DNA of 61,737 bases, counting the filler. It is 8 parts of 8 records of this genome, joined end to end, with 100 filler letters (N's around TTAATTAATTAA, not from the genome) between each part and the next. Parts side by side here need not be neighbours in the genome. Positions count along the whole stretch, not along the records: positions 48,861 to 54,516 come from SRR31147125_82490; positions 54,617 to 61,737 come from SRR31147125_82519; 6 more parts are not named here. One strand, written 5' to 3'. Shown here one piece after another: positions 51,973-61,737 of the stretch. The notes under the pieces are model-generated. The model had not been told where the DNA came from. It did not search any database and was given only the letters and a program-made list of their open reading frames with translations. Each line of letters opens with the position of its first letter. Position 1 is the first letter of the stretch. Position numbers and translations under genes: made by a program.

Positions 51973-52200
51973 CTTGATTTTCTCCCTTAATTAGGTGGTT
52001 TAAATTTGCTCACCATCCCTTTTTAAGACCAACCTGTTTGGTATCTGGAATGATGAAATAGTTCCGATTCATTTTTTCTTTAGAACTTGCAAATCTTGGT
52101 GTTGCAAAATCTATTGAGCCTACTGATTGTATGGCGGATCTTGTCTGTATTGATCCAAATGTTCGACTCATTCTCGTCAGAATTGACTGACAATTTGTTG

Positions 52201-52216
52201 AGCAAGTACTGTGCCA
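52201..52216 (-). promoter_or_regulatory. sigma54 -24/-12 promoter for dctPQM
   Basis: Minus strand reads TGGCAC-AGTAC-TTGCT. Confidence 0.8.
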
Positions 52217-52288
52217 TATTAATTTGTCATCCATAGAGCGGAATCATTGGGGTTTTCCCTCATTTTCGATGATTTTGTAGATTCGAAT

Positions 52289-52449
52289 TATGCATTGCCG
52301 CATATATATTTTATTTTTTTTGTGATTAAATTTGAGATTAAATAAACGATTTATCTCTTCAACAGCTTGATTTTAAATACCTTTGAGGCTCTTGGAATCT
52401 CTTCAAGTTTAAAATTATGCAACAAGGCATAGATATGCAATTTCGCATA
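52289..52449. promoter_or_regulatory. three TATGC-N6-GCATA palindromes (52289-52304, 52416-52431, 52434-52449), candidate enhancer sites; IHF-like site at 52360-52372
   Basis: Exact repeated dyad between two sigma54 promoters; minus strand AATCAAGCTGTTG fits WATCAANNNNTTR. Confidence 0.7.
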
Positions 52450-52554
52450 AGTATTTTTTCTCATTTCACTCTTTTTCAAAATATTTTTTGAAAAAAACTA
52501 TTCATATATAGGTTTACATTTCATTTGTGGATTCGTACAGTTTTCGCAATTTGT

Positions 52555-52570
52555 TGGCATAGCTATTGCT
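52555..52570 (+). promoter_or_regulatory. sigma54 -24/-12 promoter for the AOR gene
   Basis: TGGCAT-AGCTA-TTGCT. Confidence 0.8.
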
Positions 52571-52732
52571 CTGAGGAAAATATGAAATTTACGATTTCAT
52601 CGCATAGTGATCAAATTCATCACCGATTCAATTATCGAAATCGTAGCACAAAAATTAAGACTTCAAAAAGTCGATTGGAAAAAGTTCTAAGAAGAAAATT
52701 TTCAAAGACATTAAACCGGGTGAGGAATCCAC

Positions 52733-54483
52733 ATGAAAGGTTTTTTCAAACGTCTCATCATCATTGATGTGGCTCATCAGACAGTCAGTGTAGAACCCAT
52801 AGAAGAATCGGATTTAAAGGCGTACATGGGTGGCAAAGGATTGGGGACCCATCTATTGTTGAAGCACAACCCACCCCGTGTGGATCCTTTGAGTGCTGAC
52901 AACTGTTTTATTCTGGGGTTGGGTCCGGCAACGGATAGTAGACTTTACGGCAGTTGCCGGTATGGAATATTTACCAAATCTCCCCTAACCGGATTTTATG
53001 GAGAATCTTATTCCGGCGGGAGTGTTGCCGTGGCCATGAGCCGAACCGGATACGATTTCATTATCCTCAAAGGCGCGTCGTCAAAGCCGGTGTGGCTGGA
53101 AATTTCAGATGAAGCGGTCAAATTCCATGCAGCCGATGATCTGTGGGGTATGGAGACCTATGAGACTGAAGACATCGTTAATGAGCGATGTGGGGTTAAA
53201 GGGAGTGGTGCACTGGTCATCGGACCGGCCGGAGAAAATCTGGTGCGCTTTGCCGTAGTTGAAAACGACTATTGGCGATCCGCCGGTCGATGCGGCATGG
53301 GGGCGGTCATGGGCTCTAAAAAAATCAAGGCCCTGGTGTTTCATGGCTCTGCTAAACGAGAGTTCCATGATCCCGATCAAATGAAAGTGTATTCCAAAAA
53401 TATGCTCAAGGAACTCAAAGAACACCCCGCCACCCATACTTATCGGACCCAAGGCACTCCGGTGATGGTTGCCGGTCTCAACAACGCCGGAGCTTTCCCT
53501 ACCCAATACTGGTCTAAAGGGAAATGTGACCATTGGGAAAAGATCAATGCCCAAAGCATGCAGGAAAAACTGGATGCCAAACCCCGATCCTGCAAAACCT
53601 GCTTCATGGGATGTGGGAAATTCGTCACGGTAAAGAGGGCCCCCATAAAGGACTCCAACTGGAAGGTCCGGAATATGAGACCATCTATTCATTCGGGGGG
53701 CTTTGCATGGTGGACAGCATAGAGGATATCGCCTGGCTCAACGATATTTGTGATCGACTGGGTATGGACACCATGAGTGCCGGAAACCTGGTGGCACTGA
53801 CCATCGAGGCATCTCAGCGGGGAAAAATTCAGGAAAATTTTGAATATGGAGATGCCAAGGCCGTTGCAGACATGCTTCACAAAATCGCCCGAAGAGAAGG
53901 GCTGGGCGGACTCATCGCCGAAGGTATCAAAGCCGCCAGTGTGGAGCTCGATATGGAAAATGAGGCCGTTCACGTCAAGGGGCTGGAACCGGCCGGGTAT
54001 GATCCCAGGGTGCTAAAAGGAATGGGACTTGCCTATTCCGTCAGTCCGCGGGGCGCCTGTCACTTGAGAAGCACCTTTTACAAGCCGGAGCTGGCCGGTA
54101 TGATCGATCCGGATCAGATAGAGGACAAAGCCGAGATGTTCCTGGACTTTGAAGATCGCTGCACCCTGTTCGATACCATTATTTTCTGTCGATTCTACAG
54201 AGACTTTTATACTTGGGAAGAGCTGGCTGCCGTATTTGAGATGACCACAGGCGAATCCTTTTCAAAAGAAGATCTTCAGGCCCTTGCCTCCAGAGTAACC
54301 GATGAGACGAGACGTTTCAATATCAGAGAAGGGTTGACCATGGCAGATGATCGCCTTCCCAAAAGATTGATGAAAGAGAAACTGTCTGATGGCAAAGGAA
54401 TCACTGAGGATGAACTGACCTATCTAGTGCAAGATTATTATCGACTTCGGGGATGGAATAAAGAGGGAATTCCGGCGAACTGA
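52733..54483 (+). CDS. tungsten-type aldehyde:ferredoxin oxidoreductase (AOR/WOR family), 1-nt deletion near 53632-53634
   Basis: YMGGKGLG, KSPLTG, IGPAGEN, GRCGMGAVMGSKK, CKTCFMGC, EGPEYET, DRLGMDT, RGACH, IFCRF; adding one A gives VTVKEGPHKG. Confidence 0.92.
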
Positions 54484-54616
54484 ATTCTTAGGAACCGGTC
54501 TTAAATAACTTGCCCANNNNNNNNNNNNNNNNNNNNNNNNNNNNNNNNNNNNNNNNNNNNTTAATTAATTAANNNNNNNNNNNNNNNNNNNNNNNNNNNN
54601 NNNNNNNNNNNNNNNN

Positions 54617-55847
54617 TTTAGTTTTCTGGAACGGTATGTCTCAGCATACATTCTACCAGGTACCACGATTGAAATATATTGGTCTGATGCAGTTATGTTA
54701 AAAAATACACTTGTTGCTATTGTTGATGCGATTAATGAACCTGTAGATTTTGCCATACTAATTATTCCATTCGAAATTCGAGCAAGTAATCCGGCAGCTT
54801 CCATAACACCGCCAAAAATCATGGCCGACATTATCAACCAAATTGTATTTAACATTCCAGCCATACCGCCTGTAGAAAATAATTCATCAACAATTGGGTT
54901 TGAACTCGGTATATGAATATCTCCGTACATTGATTTCATAACAGCAATATAGGATGCTTTCCAATAAGGTTCGTCAGCTCCGCCTATAAGGTAGATGGTA
55001 TCCTGCTGAAATAGTATTGCAAACAGTCCGCCCAGCAAAGTTCCGATTAACAAAGAAGGTAGTGGAGGAGTTTTTTTGATGATTATCGTAATTAAAACGA
55101 TAGGCACCAAAAACAACCATAATGAAATATTAAACTCCATGCTAATCGCACTAAATACTTCTTCGATATTGGTTGTGACCGAAGAAAAATCGTATGTAAA
55201 TCCAATTATTAAAAAAAGAATTAAAGCGATAGTCATTGCGGGAACAGTGGTTATCAACATATATCGAATATGCGTAAACAAGTCAGTGCCACTCATGGCA
55301 GGAGCAAGGTTTGTTGTGTCAGATAATGGTGAAACTTTATCACCAAAATAAGCCCCTGAAATAATTGCACCGGCCACCATGGCATCATTAATCCCCATTG
55401 CTTTGCCAATTCCCAATAAAGCAACACCTATGGTTGCAATGGTAGACCACGAACTTCCTGTAACAACAGAAACAACCCCACTTACAACAACTGCAGTAAA
55501 CAGGAAGATTTTAGGGTGTATTACCTTTAAACCGTAATAAATCAAAGTTGGCACAACACCACTTAACAACCATGTGCCGGCAAGGCTTCCGATAAGAAGG
55601 AGGATTATCATTGCAGGCATTGCCGTACTTATGTTTTTAACTATACTGGTACGGACTGTATCCCATGTGTTGCCATTTCTAATGGCTATAATAGCCGCAA
55701 TTGAAGCTGCAAGAAGAAGAATTATTTGGTTGGAACCGGCAAGTGTGTCATCGCCAAAAAAATTACATTAAGGCTTAAACAAGTTATCAGAAACAGAATT
55801 GGTATAAAAGCTTGAAAAAGAGTAGGCCTTATTTTATTTGAGTTCAT
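54617..55847 (-). CDS. nhaC: Na+/H+ antiporter NhaC family protein, 1-nt deletion at the A7 run 55756-55762, 3'-truncated
   Basis: TGSSWST, ISGAYFGDKVSPLSDTTNLA, DQYISIVVPG; N-terminus MNSNKIRP..NVIFFGDD recovered from the other frame. Confidence 0.88.
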
Positions 55848-56020
55848 AAATTTTATTTAACATTTCGTCCCTGAATCCTTTAATTCTACTCAGTAATTCA
55901 CTATTTTTGATATAACGAATGCAAACATACAAATTAATAATGCATTTGTAGATGCAATTTCAAGAAGAGGAACAATTTTTGAATAACCATTGTAGATAGT
56001 AACCTTTAAAAATTGGGCTC

Positions 56021-56611
56021 ATGGATATAGATTATGATTTTTTCCGGGTAGATGAAGCGTTTTCCAAGCCACAAAAAGGTAAAATTTTAATTAGTGAACC
56101 TTTTCTTAACGATTCATATTTTAAACGATCCATTGTTTTTCTCACAGAACATTCAGATGAAGGTGCGGTTGGATTTGTGCTAAATAAACCAGTTAACCTT
56201 ACAATTAATGAGGTTGTGAAAGATTTTCCTGCGATTGATACACAAATTTCTATTGGTGGTCCGGTTCAAACCAATACGTTGCATTACATTCATACAATGG
56301 GCGATATTATTCCAGAAAGTATACCTGTTGTGGGTGATATCTATTGGGGAGGGGATTTCAACACCATTAAAGAGCTAGCAACATTAGATTTGTTAAAAAC
56401 AAAACAGATTAAATTCTTTTTAGGTTATTCTGGTTGGGCAGCACAGCAACTGGAAGAAGAGATAGAAAGAGACTCGTGGGTAATCACAGATATTGAACCC
56501 GAGAGGGTTATGGCCGAGAAGAATGATCATTTCTGGAAAGAAATGTTAAACCGTCTTGGGGAGAAATACCGGTTGTGGTCTACATTTCCGGAAAATCCTA
56601 CCATGAATTAA
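56021..56611 (+). CDS. YqgE/AlgH family protein
   Basis: LISEPFL.D.YF.RS, GFVLNKP, GGPV, FFLGYSGW..QL..E, PENPTMN. Confidence 0.92.
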   Translation: MDIDYDFFRVDEAFSKPQKGKILISEPFLNDSYFKRSIVFLTEHSDEGAVGFVLNKPVNLTINEVVKDFPAIDTQISIGGPVQTNTLHYIHTMGDIIPESIPVVGDIYWGGDFNTIKELATLDLLKTKQIKFFLGYSGWAAQQLEEEIERDSWVITDIEPERVMAEKNDHFWKEMLNRLGEKYRLWSTFPENPTMN

Positions 56612-56654
56612 TACCATAAGATGCTGGGGCATCTTACGGTATCATCAAAATTAT

Positions 56655-57194
56655 TTATAGCTTCCCTTTAACTTCGTATTTTATTTTTGCTCTTACCTCA
56701 ATGGTATCAGAGAAAACTTCATCAATAACTCCAAAAGCCAAAAATGTATATTCAGCTTCTTTTAAAAATTTAGCAATATCTACATCTTTTGGCGTTAAAG
56801 AAACTTCCCTGGAGTTTTCAGGCACAGGATTGATTTCGGCGATTTCTGTTTCTATATTGTTGTTGTCCAGAAATGAAGCACCAAAAGAACCTAAACCATC
56901 AAAGTTGACGCTCTGATCAGAGTTTATTACTTCAAAGGTTGCTTCTTTAAGTTTTATTTTGTCGATATTGCTCTCATCAAAACCATTGTCTTCAAGAACA
57001 TCTGTTAAATCACTGTCCTGCGTCTTTGTTAAAAAAACATAGGCACCCATTGATTCCTGAGGATAAATTTTAAACTCGAAATATGTGTAGTCAGAATCAA
57101 ATGTGGTTAAATCGCCAAAAAGATCTTCGCATGATGCTAAGATAATAGTGGCAGCCATAATTGTTAACAAACTTCTTCTAAGAATTTTTTTCAT
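56655..57194 (-). CDS. hypothetical lipoprotein
   Basis: Lipobox ILASC followed by acidic residues; beta-rich body. Confidence 0.7.
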   Translation of the reverse strand: MKKILRRSLLTIMAATIILASCEDLFGDLTTFDSDYTYFEFKIYPQESMGAYVFLTKTQDSDLTDVLEDNGFDESNIDKIKLKEATFEVINSDQSVNFDGLGSFGASFLDNNNIETEIAEINPVPENSREVSLTPKDVDIAKFLKEAEYTFLAFGVIDEVFSDTIEVRAKIKYEVKGKL

Positions 57195-57383
57195 GATTAA
57201 AAATGTTAAATTGCTAAATATTAGTATTGTATGATAACTCTTTTGTATTAGTATGTATTCTTGTGATTTATAATAAAATTACAAAATTGATTGCTAAAAT
57301 TCAATTTCAAATTGACGAGTGAATAGTATTGATATACTGATGTAAGTCATTTCTTTATCAATTGTAGATTATAAAATCATGTT

Positions 57384-57391
57384 TATATTTG
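57384..57391 (+). promoter_or_regulatory. Bacteroidota -7 promoter element TAnnTTTG (also 60666-60673 + before recR and 55922-55929 - before nhaC)
   Basis: TATATTTG, TATCTTTG and TATGTTTG each lie shortly upstream of a start codon. Confidence 0.6.
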
Positions 57392-57414
57392 CGCCTGTCT
57401 AAAAATTATAATAT

Positions 57415-59090
57415 ATGGCTAAAGAAAGAAAACACCCAAAGGGGTTAATGGTTCTGTTTTTTACAGAAATGTGGGAAAGATTTGGTTTTTACCTGTTAAT
57501 TGGGATTTTCTTTTTGTACATGACCGAAGGCAAGGATGCTGTATTTCCTGGGATGGGTTTTTCCGGAATGAAAGCGAGTGATATCTATGGTTCTTACCTG
57601 GCTTTGGTTTATCTAACACCTTTTATCGGTGGATTGTTGGCAGATAGATATCTCGGTTATCGATTATCAATTACAATTGGAGGTCTTCTTTTTTCTCTTG
57701 GATATTTCGGATTAGCAATTTATAACGAATCAACATTTTATATTTCGTTGCTGCTGATTATACTTGGTAATGGATTGTTTAAACCAAATATTTCGGCCTT
57801 AGTTGGTAAAGTGTACGATGCAGATCCCAAATACAAGAATTTAAAAGACAGTGGATATAACATCTTTTACATGGGGATTAACATTGGTGCATTCATCTGT
57901 AATTTTATTGCCGCATACTTACGAATAAATTATGGTTGGGGCTGGGCGTTTGCTGCTGCCGGAGTTGGTATGTTAATAGGTGTAATTTGGTTCTGGACAG
58001 GGCAAACCTATGCTAAAGATATTGTTGAAGTAGATAAAGTTTCTCCTCCAAGTGATGGCGATATGCCAATGAAAAGGATTTTTGGTACATTATTCTTGCC
58101 AGCAATAGTGGCTGCAATTCTTGGATGGATGATACCCGATAATATTTTTGGTTCAGATTCGACGGATGCATTTTTGTTTTTCAGTTTGTTTGTTGTTATT
58201 TTCTATGTTAATATTTATAGGAAGGCTAATAAAAATGAAAAACAGCCAATTGCAGCACTTCTTTCAGTATTTGGGGCAGTAATTGTATTTTGGGCAATAT
58301 TCCATCAAAATGGAGCAGCACTAACAGTGTGGGCAGAAAAATATACCAATCGTGAGATTCCCGCAGCAGTTGAACAGCCGGTTATGTCACTTGGGCTAAA
58401 CCAAGAAGTTACCACTGAATTAAGAGAGGTGCCAAAACTTGATGTTCATGGTGCAGAAATAAAAGATGAAAGTGGGTATGCTGTTACCGAACAAGGACCA
58501 CATCCATATTTTAATAATATTCCAAAGGAAGAATGGCCGGAATCCGGTAAATATAATTTGATATCTACAGAGTTATTCCAATCGATCAATCCAGGATTTA
58601 TTATATTGTTTACCCCGCTGGTTGTAGGATTTTTAATTTCATTAATGGAAGACGAAGGAAAAAGGGCAGACGTATTATCTCAACTCCCGCTAAGATTGGC
58701 TGGGGAATGGTGATTACAGCTTTATCAGCCGTGGTAATGATTTATGCAACATTTGTCTCTAAGAACGGAGATATAAAAGCATCTGCTTCATGGCTATTTG
58801 GTACCTATGCGGTTATTACAATTGGAGAACTGTGTTTGAGTCCAATGGGACTATCGCTGGTTTCTAAATTAAGCCCGCCAAGAATTACAGCGCTCATGAT
58901 GGGAGGTTGGTTCTTATCTACTTCAATTGGCAATAAATTGTCAGGTGTGTTATCCGGAATGTGGGATTTATACGAACATAAAGCTTATTTCTTTTTAACA
59001 AATACATTGCTTGCCATGGTTTCTGTTATAATCATTTTTGTATTATTACCATGGCTAAGGAGAGTTGTTGAGGAACATGTAGGAGAATAG
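57415..59090 (+). CDS. POT-family proton-dependent oligopeptide transporter, 1-nt deletion at the T-run 58630-58634
   Basis: EMWERFGFY, GNGLFKPN, FYMGINIG, FQSINP, GELCLSPMGLS; adding one T gives VGFFNFING..STPAKIGWGMVIT. Confidence 0.92.
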
Positions 59091-59115
59091 TAGATAAAAA
59101 ATATTTCTTAGGTTA

Positions 59116-59152
59116 AACCCTTTTGTTCTATCAGGATGAAAGGGTTTTATTT
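59116..59152. terminator. terminator-like hairpin between convergent genes
   Basis: AAACCCTTT..GAAAGGGTTTT with an adjacent T-tract. Confidence 0.5.
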
Positions 59153-60589
59153 TTTAACCCTGCTGAAAAATAACAGGACGAATGTGATAAAACCATTTAT
59201 GATTAATAGTTCAAATCCTATTTGGTATCCATTTAGTAACTGTTCCGAATATTTATTTAGGAAATAACAAATGGCAGGGGCTATTACTGAAATAAATGGA
59301 ATTAACTTACCATTTACTTGCCATTTAGTGAAAATACCCACCGTGTAAAGTCCCAATAAAGGTCCGTAGGTATATCCGGCGACTTTAAACAAAGCACTAA
59401 TAACACTTTCATTATTGATTTGATGAAAAATAAGAATTACAACTAAAAGCAAGGCTGAGATAAAAAAGTGTACTAAAATTCTTGTCCTTTTTAATTCTGA
59501 TTCATTTTTCTCAGCATTGAGAATATCAATTGTAAACGATGTTGTTAATGCAGTTAGGGCAGAATCGGCACTGGAATAAGCTGCAGCAATTAAGCCGATA
59601 ATAAAAAGAATACCTACAATTTGCGGCAAATAACCACCAAGTGCAATTAGTGGGAATAAATTATCCGCATGTTGCGGGATAGCGATATTCATTTGGTTGG
59701 AATATATAAATAAAAGCGCACCGAGGGAGAGAAATAAAAGATTTACCGGGATTAATCCAATGCTAAACGTAATAATGTTTTTTTGTGAATCTTTCGCATT
59801 TTTACAACTTAAATTCTTTTGCATCATATCCTGGTCGAGTCCTGTCATCACAATCGACATAAATGCCCCGCTAAAAAATTGTTTTAAAAAGTGGTTTCCT
59901 TTTTTCCATTCAAAAAAATTCCAGGTTTTTGAGTAATCACTTTCTGATATTTTATCGATAATACCCGAAAAGCTAAGTCCCATTTCTTTACTTATAAAAA
60001 TTACGGTTAACACTGCTGCGGTTAACATAAATAGTGTTTGCAAAGTATCTGTCCAAATAATGGTTTTAATCCCACCTTTAAAAGTATAAAGCCAAATAAA
60101 AATAATTGTTACAACAACAGTTATCCAGAATGGGATATTCCAGTTGCTAAATATTGAAAAATGTAGCACATTGGCAACTAAAAACAATCGAAAAGAAGCC
60201 CCAATTATTCTTGATACGAGAAATAAACTTGCCCCCGTTTTGTATGCATAATTATTAAACCTATTATCAAGATATGTGTAGATTGAAGTAAGGTTCATTT
60301 TATAATAGATGGGTATGAGAACATATGCTATTACAAGGTATCCAAAAAAATAACCAATAACCATTTGCATGTAGTAAAACGAGGAATCGCCTACCCAGCC
60401 TGGAACAGAAATGAAAGTTACACCGGAGAGCGAGGCGCCGATCATTCCGAATGCAACAATAAACCACGGCGACTTTTTATTGCCGATAAAAAATGATTTG
60501 TTATTAGCTTTTTTTGATGTTACAAAAGAAATTAACAAAAGGATGATAAAATAAGAAAGGACAATCGATAAAACTACGCCAGCACTCAT
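59147..60589 (-). CDS. sodium:solute symporter
   Basis: SPW..AFGMIGASLSGVTFISVPG, GG.K..IWTDTLQ, GLDQDMMQKNL, AAAYSSADS. Confidence 0.92.
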   Translation of the reverse strand: MSAGVVLSIVLSYFIILLLISFVTSKKANNKSFFIGNKKSPWFIVAFGMIGASLSGVTFISVPGWVGDSSFYYMQMVIGYFFGYLVIAYVLIPIYYKMNLTSIYTYLDNRFNNYAYKTGASLFLVSRIIGASFRLFLVANVLHFSIFSNWNIPFWITVVVTIIFIWLYTFKGGIKTIIWTDTLQTLFMLTAAVLTVIFISKEMGLSFSGIIDKISESDYSKTWNFFEWKKGNHFLKQFFSGAFMSIVMTGLDQDMMQKNLSCKNAKDSQKNIITFSIGLIPVNLLFLSLGALLFIYSNQMNIAIPQHADNLFPLIALGGYLPQIVGILFIIGLIAAAYSSADSALTALTTSFTIDILNAEKNESELKRTRILVHFFISALLLVVILIFHQINNESVISALFKVAGYTYGPLLGLYTVGIFTKWQVNGKLIPFISVIAPAICYFLNKYSEQLLNGYQIGFELLIINGFITFVLLFFSRVKK

Positions 60590-60687
60590 ACCATCAAATT
60601 TAATCTTGCAAGAATAATGTTTACAAAATAAACGTGCAAGCTTTGTAAGCAGAAGATTGTAAACCTATCTTTGTAAAAAAGAATATC

Positions 60688-61318
60688 ATGTATATTGAAA
60701 AATATCCGTCGAAACTGTTGGAACAGGCTGTAAAAGAATTTTCGAAACTGCCTGGTGTGGGGGAAAGAACTGCTTTAAGACTGGTTTTGTACATGTTAAA
60801 TCAAGAGCCGGAATTTTCTTTGTCATTTAGTGATGCGATTCGCAATTTGGAGGGAGAATATTAATTATTGCAAAAAGTGTCATAATATTTCAGAAACGGA
60901 ATTATGTGAAATTTGCTCATCACCTAACCGTAACGAATCCCTTGTTTGTGTTGTTGAAAATTTACGCGATGTTATTTCAATAGAACATACACATCAATTT
61001 AATGGCTTGTATCACATTTTAGGTGGCAAAATATCCCCAATGGACGGAATTGGTCCCAGTGATTTAAATATAGAATCCCTGGTTGATAGGGTGGATAGGG
61101 AGCCCATTGATGAAATTATTTTTGCCCTTAGCACAACTATGGAAGGTGATACAACCAACTTTTATTTGTATCGAAAACTTCAAGCTTTTGATGTTAAAAT
61201 AACAACGCTAGCGAGAGGTGTATCCATTGGTGATGAACTCGAGTATGCCGATGAAGTTACGCTTGGTAGATCAATAATAAATAGGTTGGATTTTGAACCC
61301 AATCTCAATAAAATCTAA
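60688..61318 (+). CDS. recR: recombination mediator RecR, 1-nt insertion near 60849
   Basis: [20 protein letters not shown] zinc finger, Toprim VCVVE, EGDTT, ELEYAD.TL; removing one G gives NLRENINYC. Confidence 0.94.
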
Positions 61319-61737
61319 CTATCTGCTTCAGCTTTTGCCATTATTTTTGCAGCGAGAGCCGCACCAACAATACCTGCATTATTTAATAATTCAGCAGGCA
61401 CAACTTTTGCTTTAACAGTTAGATGATCAAAGAATTTTTCTTTCTTTTTACTCGCGCCGCCTCCAATTATAAATAAATCAGGACTAAATAAAAACTCAAT
61501 ATGGTTCAGGTATTCATCAAATCTTTTTGCCCAGACATCCCAGGCTAAATCCTCTCTTTTCCTTGTTGCATCAGATGCATATTCCTCAGCTTCTCTCGTA
61601 TTTGGTAAATATACATGGCCAAGTTCTGAGTTAGGAACCAATTTGCCTTTGGAATAAATAACAGTTCCAATTCCGGTACCTACGGTTAATAATATAACTG
61701 TGCCTTTGTTTTTTTTGCCAGCACCAAATTTCATCTC
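61315..61737 (-). CDS. ROK-family kinase, polyphosphate glucokinase-like, 5'-truncated
   Basis: [35 protein letters not shown]. Confidence 0.85.
   Translation of the reverse strand, partial: EMKFGAGKKNKGTVILLTVGTGIGTVIYSKGKLVPNSELGHVYLPNTREAEEYASDATRKREDLAWDVWAKRFDEYLNHIEFLFSPDLFIIGGGASKKKEKFFDHLTVKAKVVPAELLNNAGIVGAALAAKIMAKAEADS

Overview
This window is not one locus. It is eight unrelated contigs joined by 100-nt artificial spacers (44 N + TTAATTAATTAA + 44 N), so gene neighbourhoods only have meaning within a contig. Taxonomic labels are inferred from gene content and composition. (1) 1-6700, spirochaete-like: tRNA(CAT), HD-domain dNTPase-like protein, ttcA, DUF503, two related envelope proteins. 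(2) 6801-11890: internal fragment of a giant Gly/Ala/Ser/Thr/Val-rich beta-helical exoprotein (LktA/filamentous adhesin-like). (3) 11991-20733, Desulfobacterota-like housekeeping: radC, gyrA, thiolase, rarA, der. (4) 20834-31232, Desulfobacterota-like partial biosynthetic gene cluster: cobalamin-dependent radical SAM, KamA-type aminomutase, NRPS (docking domain-C-A-T-C, no TE) and two SyrD/PvdE-type peptide exporters. This is the best candidate for an undescribed system. (5) 31333-42953, spore-forming clostridial-like: cytochrome b5 lipoprotein plus di-heme membrane protein, MFS, ABC, deacetylase, aldo/keto reductase, sigmaK-type FAD oxidase, DUF6125, DUF2271 with a flavinylation motif, Na/Pi transporter. 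(6) 43054-48760, very AT-rich, Fusobacteriota-like: heme uptake genes with an HmuW/ChuW-like radical SAM, and a DUF1007/NiCoT pair. (7) 48861-54516, Desulfobacterota-like: TRAP operon and aldehyde:ferredoxin oxidoreductase divergently driven by two sigma54 promoters, with three TATGC-N6-GCATA palindromes between them. (8) 54617-61737, Bacteroidota: nhaC, yqgE/algH, POT, SSS, recR, ROK kinase. About ten genes carry single-base frameshifts in homopolymer runs; these are most likely sequencing errors rather than pseudogenes.
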